Notes under the pieces: generated by a model | What the model saw: only the letters and a program-made list of their open reading frames with translations | Told to the model about the DNA's origin: nothing | Databases searched by the model: none | Assembly: GCA_963703315.1 (NCBI GenBank) | Contig: OY969811.1 | Coordinates: 2,976,001 to 3,040,000, forward strand | Direction: 5' to 3' | DNA: 64,000 nucleotides | Source: an uncultured cyanobacterium | GTDB lineage: Bacteria > Cyanobacteriota > Cyanobacteriia > Pseudanabaenales > Pseudanabaenaceae | Position numbers and translations under genes: made by a program | Part shown: in pieces, positions 46,682 to 55,199 of the stretch | How positions within the stretch are numbered: the first letter of the stretch is position 1 | How the letters are laid out: each line of letters opens with the position of its first letter

Positions 46682-49600
46682 TCATAAGTTTATGCCTAAA
46701 ATTTGCAATTGTTGATTGATCCAATTAATCGCCACTTTTTCATTTTCTTCTATCGCCTTTTCTACTCCAGTCTTAGCAATTTCTAACAGTTGCTTGGATT
46801 GTTCACGTTTTTGATGTGCTTCTTCAACCCTATTTTTAATCCTTTGTTGGATTTCATCTGGAGCTTCCCATACCCAAAAATTATCTATATCTTTAGGGTA
46901 TAGCTCAGTTTGTCCAGATGAACCTTTTAAATATTTTTCAACTTGATATTGACCAGCAATACTATTGATATAAATTGATAAATAAACTGGATCAAGTACC
47001 TTGGTTCTTAAAATAGTAACGTGATTATCTGGCAAAGCATTTTGCTTATGTAGATATGGAGCGCATCGCCCAATAGTTCCTACACCAGTACCATTAATCA
47101 GGGCATCATTAGTTTGAATAATTAGAGGTTTATCTTCAGGTTGATATTTTGCATAACGGTTATCAACTAAGATAACTTCACCTTCTCTAACGTGCTTTGA
47201 GTTAACAACTGGTAAACCATCTAATATATTTTGATCTTCTTCAAAGTAGCTTGGCTGTTTACCTCGTTGATTCCAAGTTAATAATTCTCCGAGTTTTGAT
47301 AAGTTTACTTTTTGTTCAATTTTTTCGGTAAGTTGATCAAATTTAGGTTGATAGTGTTCAGCATCAAGCCGATCACTTGTCCCAAATGAAGCCGAAAAAC
47401 TCTTAACCGCAATATTTTCATCTGTCGGTTGCCAGTCCTTCAACCCAAGCTCTGACAACAATAAATCTTCAGCTTGTTGATAAAATAATTTCGATTGATC
47501 TAAACAATATTTAGCTGTATCGACAAGATAAGCAATAAATTTCTGAAAATCAATACTTGGAATATAAACTAGCAATGTTTTTAAGTCATCTAGGTTTAAT
47601 CCTGCTTGAATAGCACCCCTAGTTTTTCTAAGCAAAAAACCTTTTCCTGTCTCGGTGTTTAAATAAGTAAGTAAATATTTAGAAAAATACTCATCCTTTA
47701 TTCTGAGGACAGTACTTTTACAGCTAAACATTGCAGGTAAAACTTCATCGGTAACAATGGATGAATTACCTATAGTTCCAACAACTGAAACTAAAACATC
47801 ATTCTTGAGAAGTTTGTACTTCGATAGTCTTATGTAGTCTTTTTCTGGAATATAGTTATTGTCATCATCCATAACAAAAAAAGGTTTTACATCTTTCCCT
47901 CGAACATATCTATACTGTGAACCTTCTTCATAGTTTTCCACAAGAAACTGAGAGCCAAATGGTCCAATTAGGAAACTCGATTTCTCCTCTAAATAGCAGT
48001 GATTTTTACTAGAGATTTTTGTTTCTAGCTCTAGGAATCTTGGACGGTAATATTCAGAATCAATTCTTCCAGAAAATTCAAGACTACTTAATTTAACTTC
48101 TGCTGCTTCTAGCCCATCCATTAACCGATCATACTTCTCAGCATCAAACGGCGTAACAGATGAGCTTAAATCAAAAAAACTTAAATTCTCCTTCTTCGCA
48201 AACTCAATAAATGTCTCAGCAATCCCATCCTCAGTCAAACTATCATGATTGAACAAATCATGCTCCACAATCAAATGACCGTGATCATCTAACAAAAACT
48301 CGCCCGAACCATCGGATTTTTTAACATAAACCTTATCCCCCGAATTATCCTTTCCACTCTTCCGCATCGTCGCAAAAAAGATATTGTAATCATTCTGACG
48401 CGGACACAAAGCCCCAGCCCTCGGATCATCATTCCACTTCTGCACAAACAATACCGAAGTCTTCGTCCCCGTATGCGGTTTAAACGTATTCCCATGCAAC
48501 CCCACCACCGCCAAAATCCGACAGCGTTCCGCAATAAAATCCCGAATATACTTATCCGAAGAATTATTAAACCTTCCCTGCGGCAACACCACCGCCATTC
48601 GACCACCCGCCTTCAAAAAGTCCAGATTGCGCTCAATAAACAAAATATCGCGACCCATCTTTTCCTGACGTTTACCATTAGGCTTCTTAACCGCCAGATC
48701 GTACTTAGACGTAATCCGTGACTCCTTAATTTCCCCTGCAAACGGCGGATTTGCCATTACAATATCAAACTGAAAAGACTTGTAATCATTCTTCTTTTCC
48801 GTAAAGCCCCGCAACCGTTTAAAGCCATCGCCATAAACATCGCGCCAATCCTCCTCTTCTGACCTCTCCTTCCAAGATTCATAGTCCAGCGTATTCAAAT
48901 GCAAAACATTAGTCTCACCATCCCCCGCAATCAAATTTAAAGTCCGCGATACCCGCACCGCCTTCTCATCAAAATCAATCGCAAACACCTTACCCTTAAC
49001 ATAATCCTCACAACGCGCAGGTTTCTTTTCCAACGAGAATAAATTACTAACCTGCAAACCCTCATCAGCAATAATTTGCTGCCACACATGAAAAATCGTA
49101 TGCACAGGAAAACCAGAAGAACCTGCCGCCGTATCAATAATCGCCTCATCCTCTTGCGGATTTAGCATCTTCACACACATATCAATCACATAGCGCGGCG
49201 TGAAATACTGCCCCTTTTCACCCTTACTACTTTGATTAATCAAATACTCGAACGCCTCATCAACCACATCCAGATTGGAATTAAACAACTTCACATTTTC
49301 CAAAGATGATACGCACACCGACAAATGAGCAAGACTGAGCGTAATCTTGTCACTATCTTTAAACACGCCTTCCCATTTCTTTTTGGCGCGATCAAATAAA
49401 CCTTGAATCTTAATTTTTAGCTCAGTATCAGTTTGTCCCGTATTCCGAAACTCTAACAACCTTGTTTTTTTACGCTTCTCATCCCGTCCCGATTCCCACT
49501 CATCATAGAGCTTAGTGAAAATCAACATAAACAACTCTTCAAAAACATCAACTCCAGCATTTGCAAGGACTTCATCCTCCATTTCTAGAATTAGCGCCTT

Positions 49601-50191
49601 TAAAGACTTTTTCTCAGTGACCAGCTTATCTTTTTTAATCAGGTCAACCAGTGTAAACCGTTCATTGAGAATATCCGCCAATGTCTGATTAACATTAGGA
49701 ATATCCGTAATATCTTCAAAATAGTTAGGATCTTTGCGCTGATAAAAGGAAATCTGATCGCCATTAGTCCAAACCCCAATCGGTGAACCCGTTGCATTGC
49801 AATAAGACCGTAACTGATCCTTGCCATCCTTCAGTTTTGGCTTCTTCAATTCCACAATGATATAAGGCACATTCGGGCGATCCTTATCCATAATCGCTAC
49901 ATCAGCCCGTTTCTTTTCCCGCCCAAAAGAAACCTCATACTCTACCAAAATTCGATTAGCTGGATATTGATAGCGCCCTGTCAAAACCTTTAAATAAATC
50001 TGCCTAACTGCCTCTTCAGGGGTTAGCCTAATATCCTTACCCCGCACCAAACACTTAATATAAGGCACATCCCCCTTAGTACTTGATTTCAAAAAAACCG
50101 ACTGCTCAAGCCAATCAATCTCTTCAGGCTTAAACTGCAAAAGCTTATACTCAGAGTCTTTCAGGATATCGGATAGGTTCATCAGGGGCAA
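46682..50191 (-). CDS. Single-chain restriction-modification enzyme (HsdR-N-like nuclease, N6-adenine methyltransferase, two TRDs; type IIG-like)
   Basis: TPEEAVRQ, ADVAI...IVELKK, QLRSY; GQYFTPR, DTAAGSSGF, NPPF; two S-type domains each opened by RIDSEYY/RLDAEHY. Confidence 0.85.
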   Translation of the reverse strand: MPLMNLSDILKDSEYKLLQFKPEEIDWLEQSVFLKSSTKGDVPYIKCLVRGKDIRLTPEEAVRQIYLKVLTGRYQYPANRILVEYEVSFGREKKRADVAIMDKDRPNVPYIIVELKKPKLKDGKDQLRSYCNATGSPIGVWTNGDQISFYQRKDPNYFEDITDIPNVNQTLADILNERFTLVDLIKKDKLVTEKKSLKALILEMEDEVLANAGVDVFEELFMLIFTKLYDEWESGRDEKRKKTRLLEFRNTGQTDTELKIKIQGLFDRAKKKWEGVFKDSDKITLSLAHLSVCVSSLENVKLFNSNLDVVDEAFEYLINQSSKGEKGQYFTPRYVIDMCVKMLNPQEDEAIIDTAAGSSGFPVHTIFHVWQQIIADEGLQVSNLFSLEKKPARCEDYVKGKVFAIDFDEKAVRVSRTLNLIAGDGETNVLHLNTLDYESWKERSEEEDWRDVYGDGFKRLRGFTEKKNDYKSFQFDIVMANPPFAGEIKESRITSKYDLAVKKPNGKRQEKMGRDILFIERNLDFLKAGGRMAVVLPQGRFNNSSDKYIRDFIAERCRILAVVGLHGNTFKPHTGTKTSVLFVQKWNDDPRAGALCPRQNDYNIFFATMRKSGKDNSGDKVYVKKSDGSGEFLLDDHGHLIVEHDLFNHDSLTEDGIAETFIEFAKKENLSFFDLSSSVTPFDAEKYDRLMDGLEAAEVKLSSLEFSGRIDSEYYRPRFLELETKISSKNHCYLEEKSSFLIGPFGSQFLVENYEEGSQYRYVRGKDVKPFFVMDDDNNYIPEKDYIRLSKYKLLKNDVLVSVVGTIGNSSIVTDEVLPAMFSCKSTVLRIKDEYFSKYLLTYLNTETGKGFLLRKTRGAIQAGLNLDDLKTLLVYIPSIDFQKFIAYLVDTAKYCLDQSKLFYQQAEDLLLSELGLKDWQPTDENIAVKSFSASFGTSDRLDAEHYQPKFDQLTEKIEQKVNLSKLGELLTWNQRGKQPSYFEEDQNILDGLPVVNSKHVREGEVILVDNRYAKYQPEDKPLIIQTNDALINGTGVGTIGRCAPYLHKQNALPDNHVTILRTKVLDPVYLSIYINSIAGQYQVEKYLKGSSGQTELYPKDIDNFWVWEAPDEIQQRIKNRVEEAHQKREQSKQLLEIAKTGVEKAIEENEKVAINWINQQLQILGINL

Positions 50192-50309
50192 AAGGTGTCA
50201 TCTATAAAAGCGTTGTCTGTCATAGAGTGTAGCCTAATTGCGAGAAATAAATAAGTATTAGGTTGGGGTGCGATCGCTAATTTCTAAACTGGTATATAGG
50301 GCGATCGCA

Positions 50310-50376
50310 ATACTCAGCAAAAAAAGTTAAGATGGTAGACTCTAAGTAAAATTTTTGTAACTCTTGTAAATCAATA
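50310..50376 (+). repeat. Right copy of the ~66-bp imperfect direct repeat (thrS upstream region)
   Basis: See 45999-46064. Confidence 0.85.
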
Positions 50377-50395
50377 AAGGTCACGACATCAAGTT

Positions 50396-52231
50396 ATGGA
50401 TGCAGTTGCAGTAAAGCCCAGCGAAAGCAAACCTAGTGATATTAAACCTAGTGATATCCTGCGGCAAGCCGATACCGAAAAATTAGCGCGGATTCGCCAT
50501 ACTTGCTCTCACGTGATGGCAATGGCAGTCCAAAAGTTATATCCCGATGCGAAGGTGACGATCGGCCCTGCAACTGAGAATGGCTTTTATTACGATTTTG
50601 ATCGCGCTGAGCATTTTACCCCCAGTGACTTAAAGGCGATCGCAAAGGAAATGAAGCGGATTATCAAGTGGAATCAGCCTCTTGTACGACAAGAGTTGCC
50701 ACGTCCTGAGATGCTTGGCGAAATCGAAAAACTGAATGAGCCTTACAAAATCGAATTACTAGCCGCCATTCCTGAAGGGCAGAATATAAGTCGTTATTTT
50801 ATCGGCGATCCCGAAAAATTTGAAAAACAACCTTGGTGGGACTTGTGCGCGGGACCTCACCTCGATAGTACTGGCGATATTCACCCTGATGCCTTTGCCC
50901 TTGAGAGTATTGCAGGAGCCTACTGGCGCGGTGATGAAAAGAATCCGATGCTTCAGCGTATTTACGGCACGGCTTGGGAAAATCCTGAGCAGTTACAGGC
51001 GTATCACGCGATGCTCGAAGAAGCAAAACGCCGCGATCACCGTACCATTGGCAAAGATTTACAACTGTTCAGCATTCAGGAAGATGCTGGCGGCGGCTTG
51101 GTGTTCTGGCATCCTAAGGGCGCGATCATTCGTAATACCATTGAAACTTTCTGGAAAGATACCCATGTTCAGAATGGTTATGAGTCGGTAACTACGCCAC
51201 ACATGGCGAATTTGGATCTGTGGAAGATTTCGGGACATAACGACTTCTATCGCGAAAGTATGTTTCAGCCGATGGAAGTAGAACATCAAGTTTATCAGCT
51301 TAAGCCGATGAACTGTCCCTTCCATGTGCTGATCTACAAAGACACGCTCCATTCTTACAAAGAGTTCCCCATTCGTTATGCTGAGCTTGGTACGGTGTAC
51401 CGCTACGAGCGCTCTGGCACAATGCATGGCTTGATGCGGGTGCGCGGCTTTACCCAAGACGATGCTCACATTTTCTGTACAGAAGAACAAATTGAGCAGG
51501 AAATCATTGGTGTTCTCAATCTCGCGGAATTGATTCTCTCTACCTTTGGTTTTGAGAACTACGAAATCAATCTTTCCACTCGTCCTGACAAATACGTTGG
51601 CTCCGATGCGATTTGGGAAAAATCTACGGAAGCACTCAAACAGGCTCTTAATCATAAAGGTTGGAACTATGTGATTGATGAAGGGGGCGGCGCTTTCTAT
51701 GGACCAAAAATCGATATCAAAATTGAAGATGCGATCGGTCGGCGTTGGCAATGTTCCACGATTCAGCTAGATTTCAATCTTCCCGATCGCTTCAAGATGG
51801 AGTATGTCGGCGAAGATGGTGTCCGTCATCAACCAATCATGATTCACCGCGCCTTGTTTGGCTCAGTCGAGCGTTTCATCGGCGTATTGATTGAAAACTA
51901 TGCAGGGGATTTTCCTCTGTGGTTAGCACCTGTCCAAGCTAAGTTGATTGCCGTCTCTGATGGTCAAATGGCATACGCAGAAGAAGTTGCCGCCAAGATG
52001 AAAGCAGCAGGTTTGCGCGTCCAGCTAGACCATAGCGGCGATCGCATGGCGAAGCAAATCCGCAAAGCTGAGCTTGAAAAAGTGCCTGTGATGGCGGTAA
52101 TTGGGGCTAAAGAGGTCGAAGCTGGTACTCTGAGTATTCGTAGCCGTAAGCATGGCGAACTCGGCGCAATCTCTGTCGATGAGGTGATTAGCAAGATGCA
52201 ACAAGCAATTAGCGATCGCACTTGGTTCTAG
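50396..52231 (+). CDS. thrS: Threonine--tRNA ligase
   Basis: RHTCSH, DLCAGPH, LKPMNCP, RVRGFTQDDAH, FYGPKID, IHRALFGS. Confidence 0.98.
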   Translation: MDAVAVKPSESKPSDIKPSDILRQADTEKLARIRHTCSHVMAMAVQKLYPDAKVTIGPATENGFYYDFDRAEHFTPSDLKAIAKEMKRIIKWNQPLVRQELPRPEMLGEIEKLNEPYKIELLAAIPEGQNISRYFIGDPEKFEKQPWWDLCAGPHLDSTGDIHPDAFALESIAGAYWRGDEKNPMLQRIYGTAWENPEQLQAYHAMLEEAKRRDHRTIGKDLQLFSIQEDAGGGLVFWHPKGAIIRNTIETFWKDTHVQNGYESVTTPHMANLDLWKISGHNDFYRESMFQPMEVEHQVYQLKPMNCPFHVLIYKDTLHSYKEFPIRYAELGTVYRYERSGTMHGLMRVRGFTQDDAHIFCTEEQIEQEIIGVLNLAELILSTFGFENYEINLSTRPDKYVGSDAIWEKSTEALKQALNHKGWNYVIDEGGGAFYGPKIDIKIEDAIGRRWQCSTIQLDFNLPDRFKMEYVGEDGVRHQPIMIHRALFGSVERFIGVLIENYAGDFPLWLAPVQAKLIAVSDGQMAYAEEVAAKMKAAGLRVQLDHSGDRMAKQIRKAELEKVPVMAVIGAKEVEAGTLSIRSRKHGELGAISVDEVISKMQQAISDRTWF

Positions 52232-52237
52232 CCATAA

Positions 52238-52364
52238 ATAATTAGTGGTGCGCGGCAAAGTCACACACCACTAATTATTCACTTTACATAAAACCCTAGA
52301 ATTTGTAGCGCACGCACAGCGTGCGCTACAAATTCTAGGGTTTTATATTGTGCCGAAGTAATTA
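52238..52364. repeat. Two palindromes after thrS; the second is related to the 18053/38899 MITE
   Basis: ATAATTAGTGGTG...CACCACTAATTAT and ATAAAACCCTAGAATTTGTAGCGCACGC-ACA-GCGTGCGCTACAAATTCTAGGGTTTTAT. Confidence 0.75.
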
Positions 52365-52480
52365 TCCAGATTGGCTTTGAGGCATTTGTTAATAGCTTAC
52401 AAGATCATGAAATTTATTAAATTTAATAATTAGGTTGCATTATGCACAGTATCTGATAAGATATAATTCCTAATAAATTT

Positions 52481-52572
52481 GGAGAGATGGCTGAGTGGAC
52501 GAAAGCGGCAGATTGCTAATCTGTTGTACGGCAGGTAACTCCGTACCGAGGGTTCGAATCCCTCTCTCTCCG
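52481..52572 (+). tRNA. tRNA-Ser(GCT)
   Basis: Acceptor GGAGAGA/TCTCTCC plus G discriminator; anticodon arm GCAGA-TTGCTAA-TCTGT; long variable arm; GGTTCGAATCC T-loop; CCA not encoded. Confidence 0.96.
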
Positions 52573-52596
52573 TTCACAAGCCTGTTATAGAGCGAC

Positions 52597-52830
52597 ATGG
52601 GTACTAAAGTATCAGAAAATCCAACAGGCGAAGCACCCGAAGTCGATCCTAGTAAATTTACTGCTTCAGATGTTGCAGCGATCGCTGATCGACTTGAGCG
52701 TGATGACTACGCTAATGCTTTTGAGAGCTTGAATGATTGGCATATTTTGCGATCGCTAGCTTTCAAAGGTTCTGAGTTAGCTGAACCGTACCGCCATTTA
52801 CTAGATCTTGAAGCATTTGATGAATGCTAA
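52597..52830 (+). CDS. DUF2555-like small cyanobacterial protein
   Basis: RLERDDYANAFESLNDWHILRSLAF...LLDLEAFDE. Confidence 0.75.
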   Translation: MGTKVSENPTGEAPEVDPSKFTASDVAAIADRLERDDYANAFESLNDWHILRSLAFKGSELAEPYRHLLDLEAFDEC

Positions 52831-52908
52831 TAAATAAAAAAAGCGACGCTAAGCGTCGCTTTTTTCTTATTCCCCTCTCCTACGGGAGAGGGGCTAGGGG
52901 TGAGGGCG
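52829..52908. repeat. Terminator-like hairpin followed by a REP-like element
   Basis: AAAAAAGCGACGC-TAA-GCGTCGCTTTTTT, then CCCCTCTCC-TACG-GGAGAGGGGCTAGGGGTGAGGG. Confidence 0.7.
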
Positions 52909-52915
52909 CACTTTT

Positions 52916-53434
52916 TTAGGGATTAGGACTAGGGCTAGGTGCTGCGGGTAAACCGTTAGTAAACTTTTCTGTAGCATTTTTGCTTTCATAAATGCAATCC
53001 ACAGCAGGAGCCTTGTCTAGATCACCTGTAAAGCCAAAGGTATTCATTCTGTCTTTACATTGACGAATATCGGCTTCCTTAATCACATTTTTTTGTAACA
53101 GTAAATTCCAGTTGTTTGGCAAAACGACACACCCTGGAACGGGTTCAGCTTGGCTAATAAACACATTAAATGGGTTGAGAGTCACATAGACACGGCTACT
53201 CATCACCATTGCCGATGCGCCATAGTTGTTACAAAAATCGCGGCTAGGGGCGAGATTATCTAAACGAATCGCATCAACGGTACGCGGCGTAGGGTTGAGG
53301 GTCGATAGGGCAATACCAACACCAATACCGACCGCAAAAATTGCCCCTGCGATCGCCAGTTTAGTAGTTGTCCCATTAGATCTTGGTTCAGTGGGAGGTG
53401 TATTCAGAGTTGAAGAATATCTACGTCTTGCCAT
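52916..53434 (-). CDS. DUF3172-like conserved cyanobacterial protein
   Basis: FCNNYGASAMVM..RVYVTLNPFNVF, PGCVV, CKDRMNTFGFTG. Confidence 0.8.
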   Translation of the reverse strand: MARRRYSSTLNTPPTEPRSNGTTTKLAIAGAIFAVGIGVGIALSTLNPTPRTVDAIRLDNLAPSRDFCNNYGASAMVMSSRVYVTLNPFNVFISQAEPVPGCVVLPNNWNLLLQKNVIKEADIRQCKDRMNTFGFTGDLDKAPAVDCIYESKNATEKFTNGLPAAPSPSPNP

Positions 53435-53514
53435 AGATGTCAGTTAGGGGTCTTCCCTAGATTAACCGAAAGTGCTGAGATTTTGGAAAATATACTTAGT
53501 AAACCTCTCAAAAG

Positions 53515-54447
53515 TTAGAGAATATCTACTCCTGCGCGATCGAGAATTTCGGGAATCAAATGTTCAGCTTTGATCGCCATGATATGCACGCCTTGACAAA
53601 TTTGCCGCGCCGTTTGGATTTGTTCAGCAGCGATCGCTAGTCCTTCCTGTAAGGGTGATTTAGCCTGAGCGAGGCGATCGATAATATGCTCTGGAATCTG
53701 TACCCCCGGCACATATTTATTCAGAAACAGCGCATTTTTAGCAGATTTAATTAGAAATATGCCCGCCAGAATTGGCTTGTCCGATTGATTTGCAATTTGA
53801 TTCACAAATTTATCGAGGCGATCGAAATCGGTAATTAATTGGCTTTGAAAAAATTGCGCCCCTGCATTAATCTTGCGCTCAAACCGTTTTTGTAAACCCG
53901 ACCAACTGGGCGACTGTGGATCAACGGCGGCTCCTGCTAAGAAATCTGTACCTTGATGGGGCAGAGCTTTGCCATTAGCGTCCAGACCTTGATTTAGTTT
54001 TTGAATTAATTGCAATAACCGCACTGATTCATAATCAAACACCGATCGCGCATCGGGAGAGTCCCCTGCTTTGACGGGATCACCTGTGAGCGCCAAAATA
54101 TTTGTAATTCCCAAGGCTGCCGCACCAAATAGATCTCCTTGCAATGCAATCCGATTGCGATCGCGACAGGCAAGCTGACACACTGTTTCGATCCCAAGTT
54201 GCTGCTGGATCAACACTGATGCAGCCACAGGACTCATGCTCATCACCGCCCGACTAGAATCAGTGATATTCACCGCATGGACACGACCTTTTAGCGATCG
54301 CGTTTGGGCAAGCATCTGCGTGGGGTCGCTGCCCTTAGGTGGCGATACCTCAGCCGTAATTAAAAATTCTTTATCGGCGATCGCCTTACGGAATTTGGTA
54401 AAAGGTGGCTCTGGTTGCTCAAATACTGACTGGGGCGACTCGATCAT
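53515..54447 (-). CDS. metF: Methylenetetrahydrofolate reductase
   Basis: EVSPPKG, NITD, ACRDRN, LTGDP, KINAGAQFFQSQ. Confidence 0.92.
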   Translation of the reverse strand: MIESPQSVFEQPEPPFTKFRKAIADKEFLITAEVSPPKGSDPTQMLAQTRSLKGRVHAVNITDSSRAVMSMSPVAASVLIQQQLGIETVCQLACRDRNRIALQGDLFGAAALGITNILALTGDPVKAGDSPDARSVFDYESVRLLQLIQKLNQGLDANGKALPHQGTDFLAGAAVDPQSPSWSGLQKRFERKINAGAQFFQSQLITDFDRLDKFVNQIANQSDKPILAGIFLIKSAKNALFLNKYVPGVQIPEHIIDRLAQAKSPLQEGLAIAAEQIQTARQICQGVHIMAIKAEHLIPEILDRAGVDIL

Positions 54448-54481
54448 GCGAAATAAAACTCAGGAGTCTCTGCATTTTAAA

Positions 54482-54563
54482 CTATAGCGATCGCCAGTTT
54501 TGTTAGGACACCAAACCAAAAGATGAGTTACGGCGCGAAGCGCCGTAACTCATCTTTTGGTTT
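54482..54563. repeat. CTATAGC-ended repeat with a perfect 24-bp-stem hairpin
   Basis: CTATAGCGATCGCCAGT..., then AAACCAAAAGATGAGTTACGGCGC-GAA-GCGCCGTAACTCATCTTTTGGTTT. Confidence 0.75.
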
Positions 54564-54570
54564 TGATTAA

Positions 54571-54993
54571 TCAAAGCTCGTATTGTTCTTCAAAAACTTC
54601 TTGCCAAGATAATATTTGTAAATTAGATTTTTGGTTCATCTCGCCTTCAGCTTCACGTTTGGCGACCTTAGTACAGTTTGCCCACATTGCTTGAATTACA
54701 GCATTATTGAGACTGGGAGTCTCTTGCTGGATTTCAAGGATTTCTTCACGAGCATTATTAATGCTGGCAACCCAACTAAGCGATCGCTTGTCGGGTTGGC
54801 TATTCCACTTGATAATATGTTTAATAAGTCGCACTAGTTGACTTTTAAGAGCGCGTTTATCCGATCTAGACAAGGCTTCGATTAACTCCTCAACTCCTGC
54901 GATCGCCGACTCAATTTTCCCAGAGTTAAGTTCTTGCCGAATTGCTTCAGCCGTTTGATAAGGCGAATTAGTTGCTAGTTGTTGCCAATTCAT
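54571..54993 (-). CDS. DUF29-family protein
   Basis: LIEALSRSDKRALKSQLVRLIKHIIKWNSQP..RSLSWVASI...TPSL; start at MNWQQL. Confidence 0.8.
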   Translation of the reverse strand: MNWQQLATNSPYQTAEAIRQELNSGKIESAIAGVEELIEALSRSDKRALKSQLVRLIKHIIKWNSQPDKRSLSWVASINNAREEILEIQQETPSLNNAVIQAMWANCTKVAKREAEGEMNQKSNLQILSWQEVFEEQYEL

Positions 54994-55199
54994 TTGTCGT
55001 TGAGTCACATTCACAGGCTTCAATAGAGTTATTATAATTCTTTGAGCAGAAAGATTAGGACTTCTGCACCAATAAAGTGAAAGTCCCTTCACAGAGAATT
55101 GTTTCCCCCGCCGAATGCGGGAAAACAATCCCGTACTTCACTAGACTGTGAAACGCTATATCAACAAGTATCTATCAGCAATTATATTTTTGATCTCTC

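Noticed and set aside
50232..50395. T-box riboswitch before thrS (also checked before ileS)
   Set aside because: No T-box motif seen and the leaders are short.
51059..51751. 230-aa minus-strand ORF
   Set aside because: Antisense to thrS with no recognisable motifs; the same applies to 8206-8736 opposite rnj and the other short nested ORFs.
52481..52572. tRNA-Ser as an island integration site
   Set aside because: No duplicate of its 3' end and no integrase in the window; the flanking genes are ordinary cyanobacterial genes.
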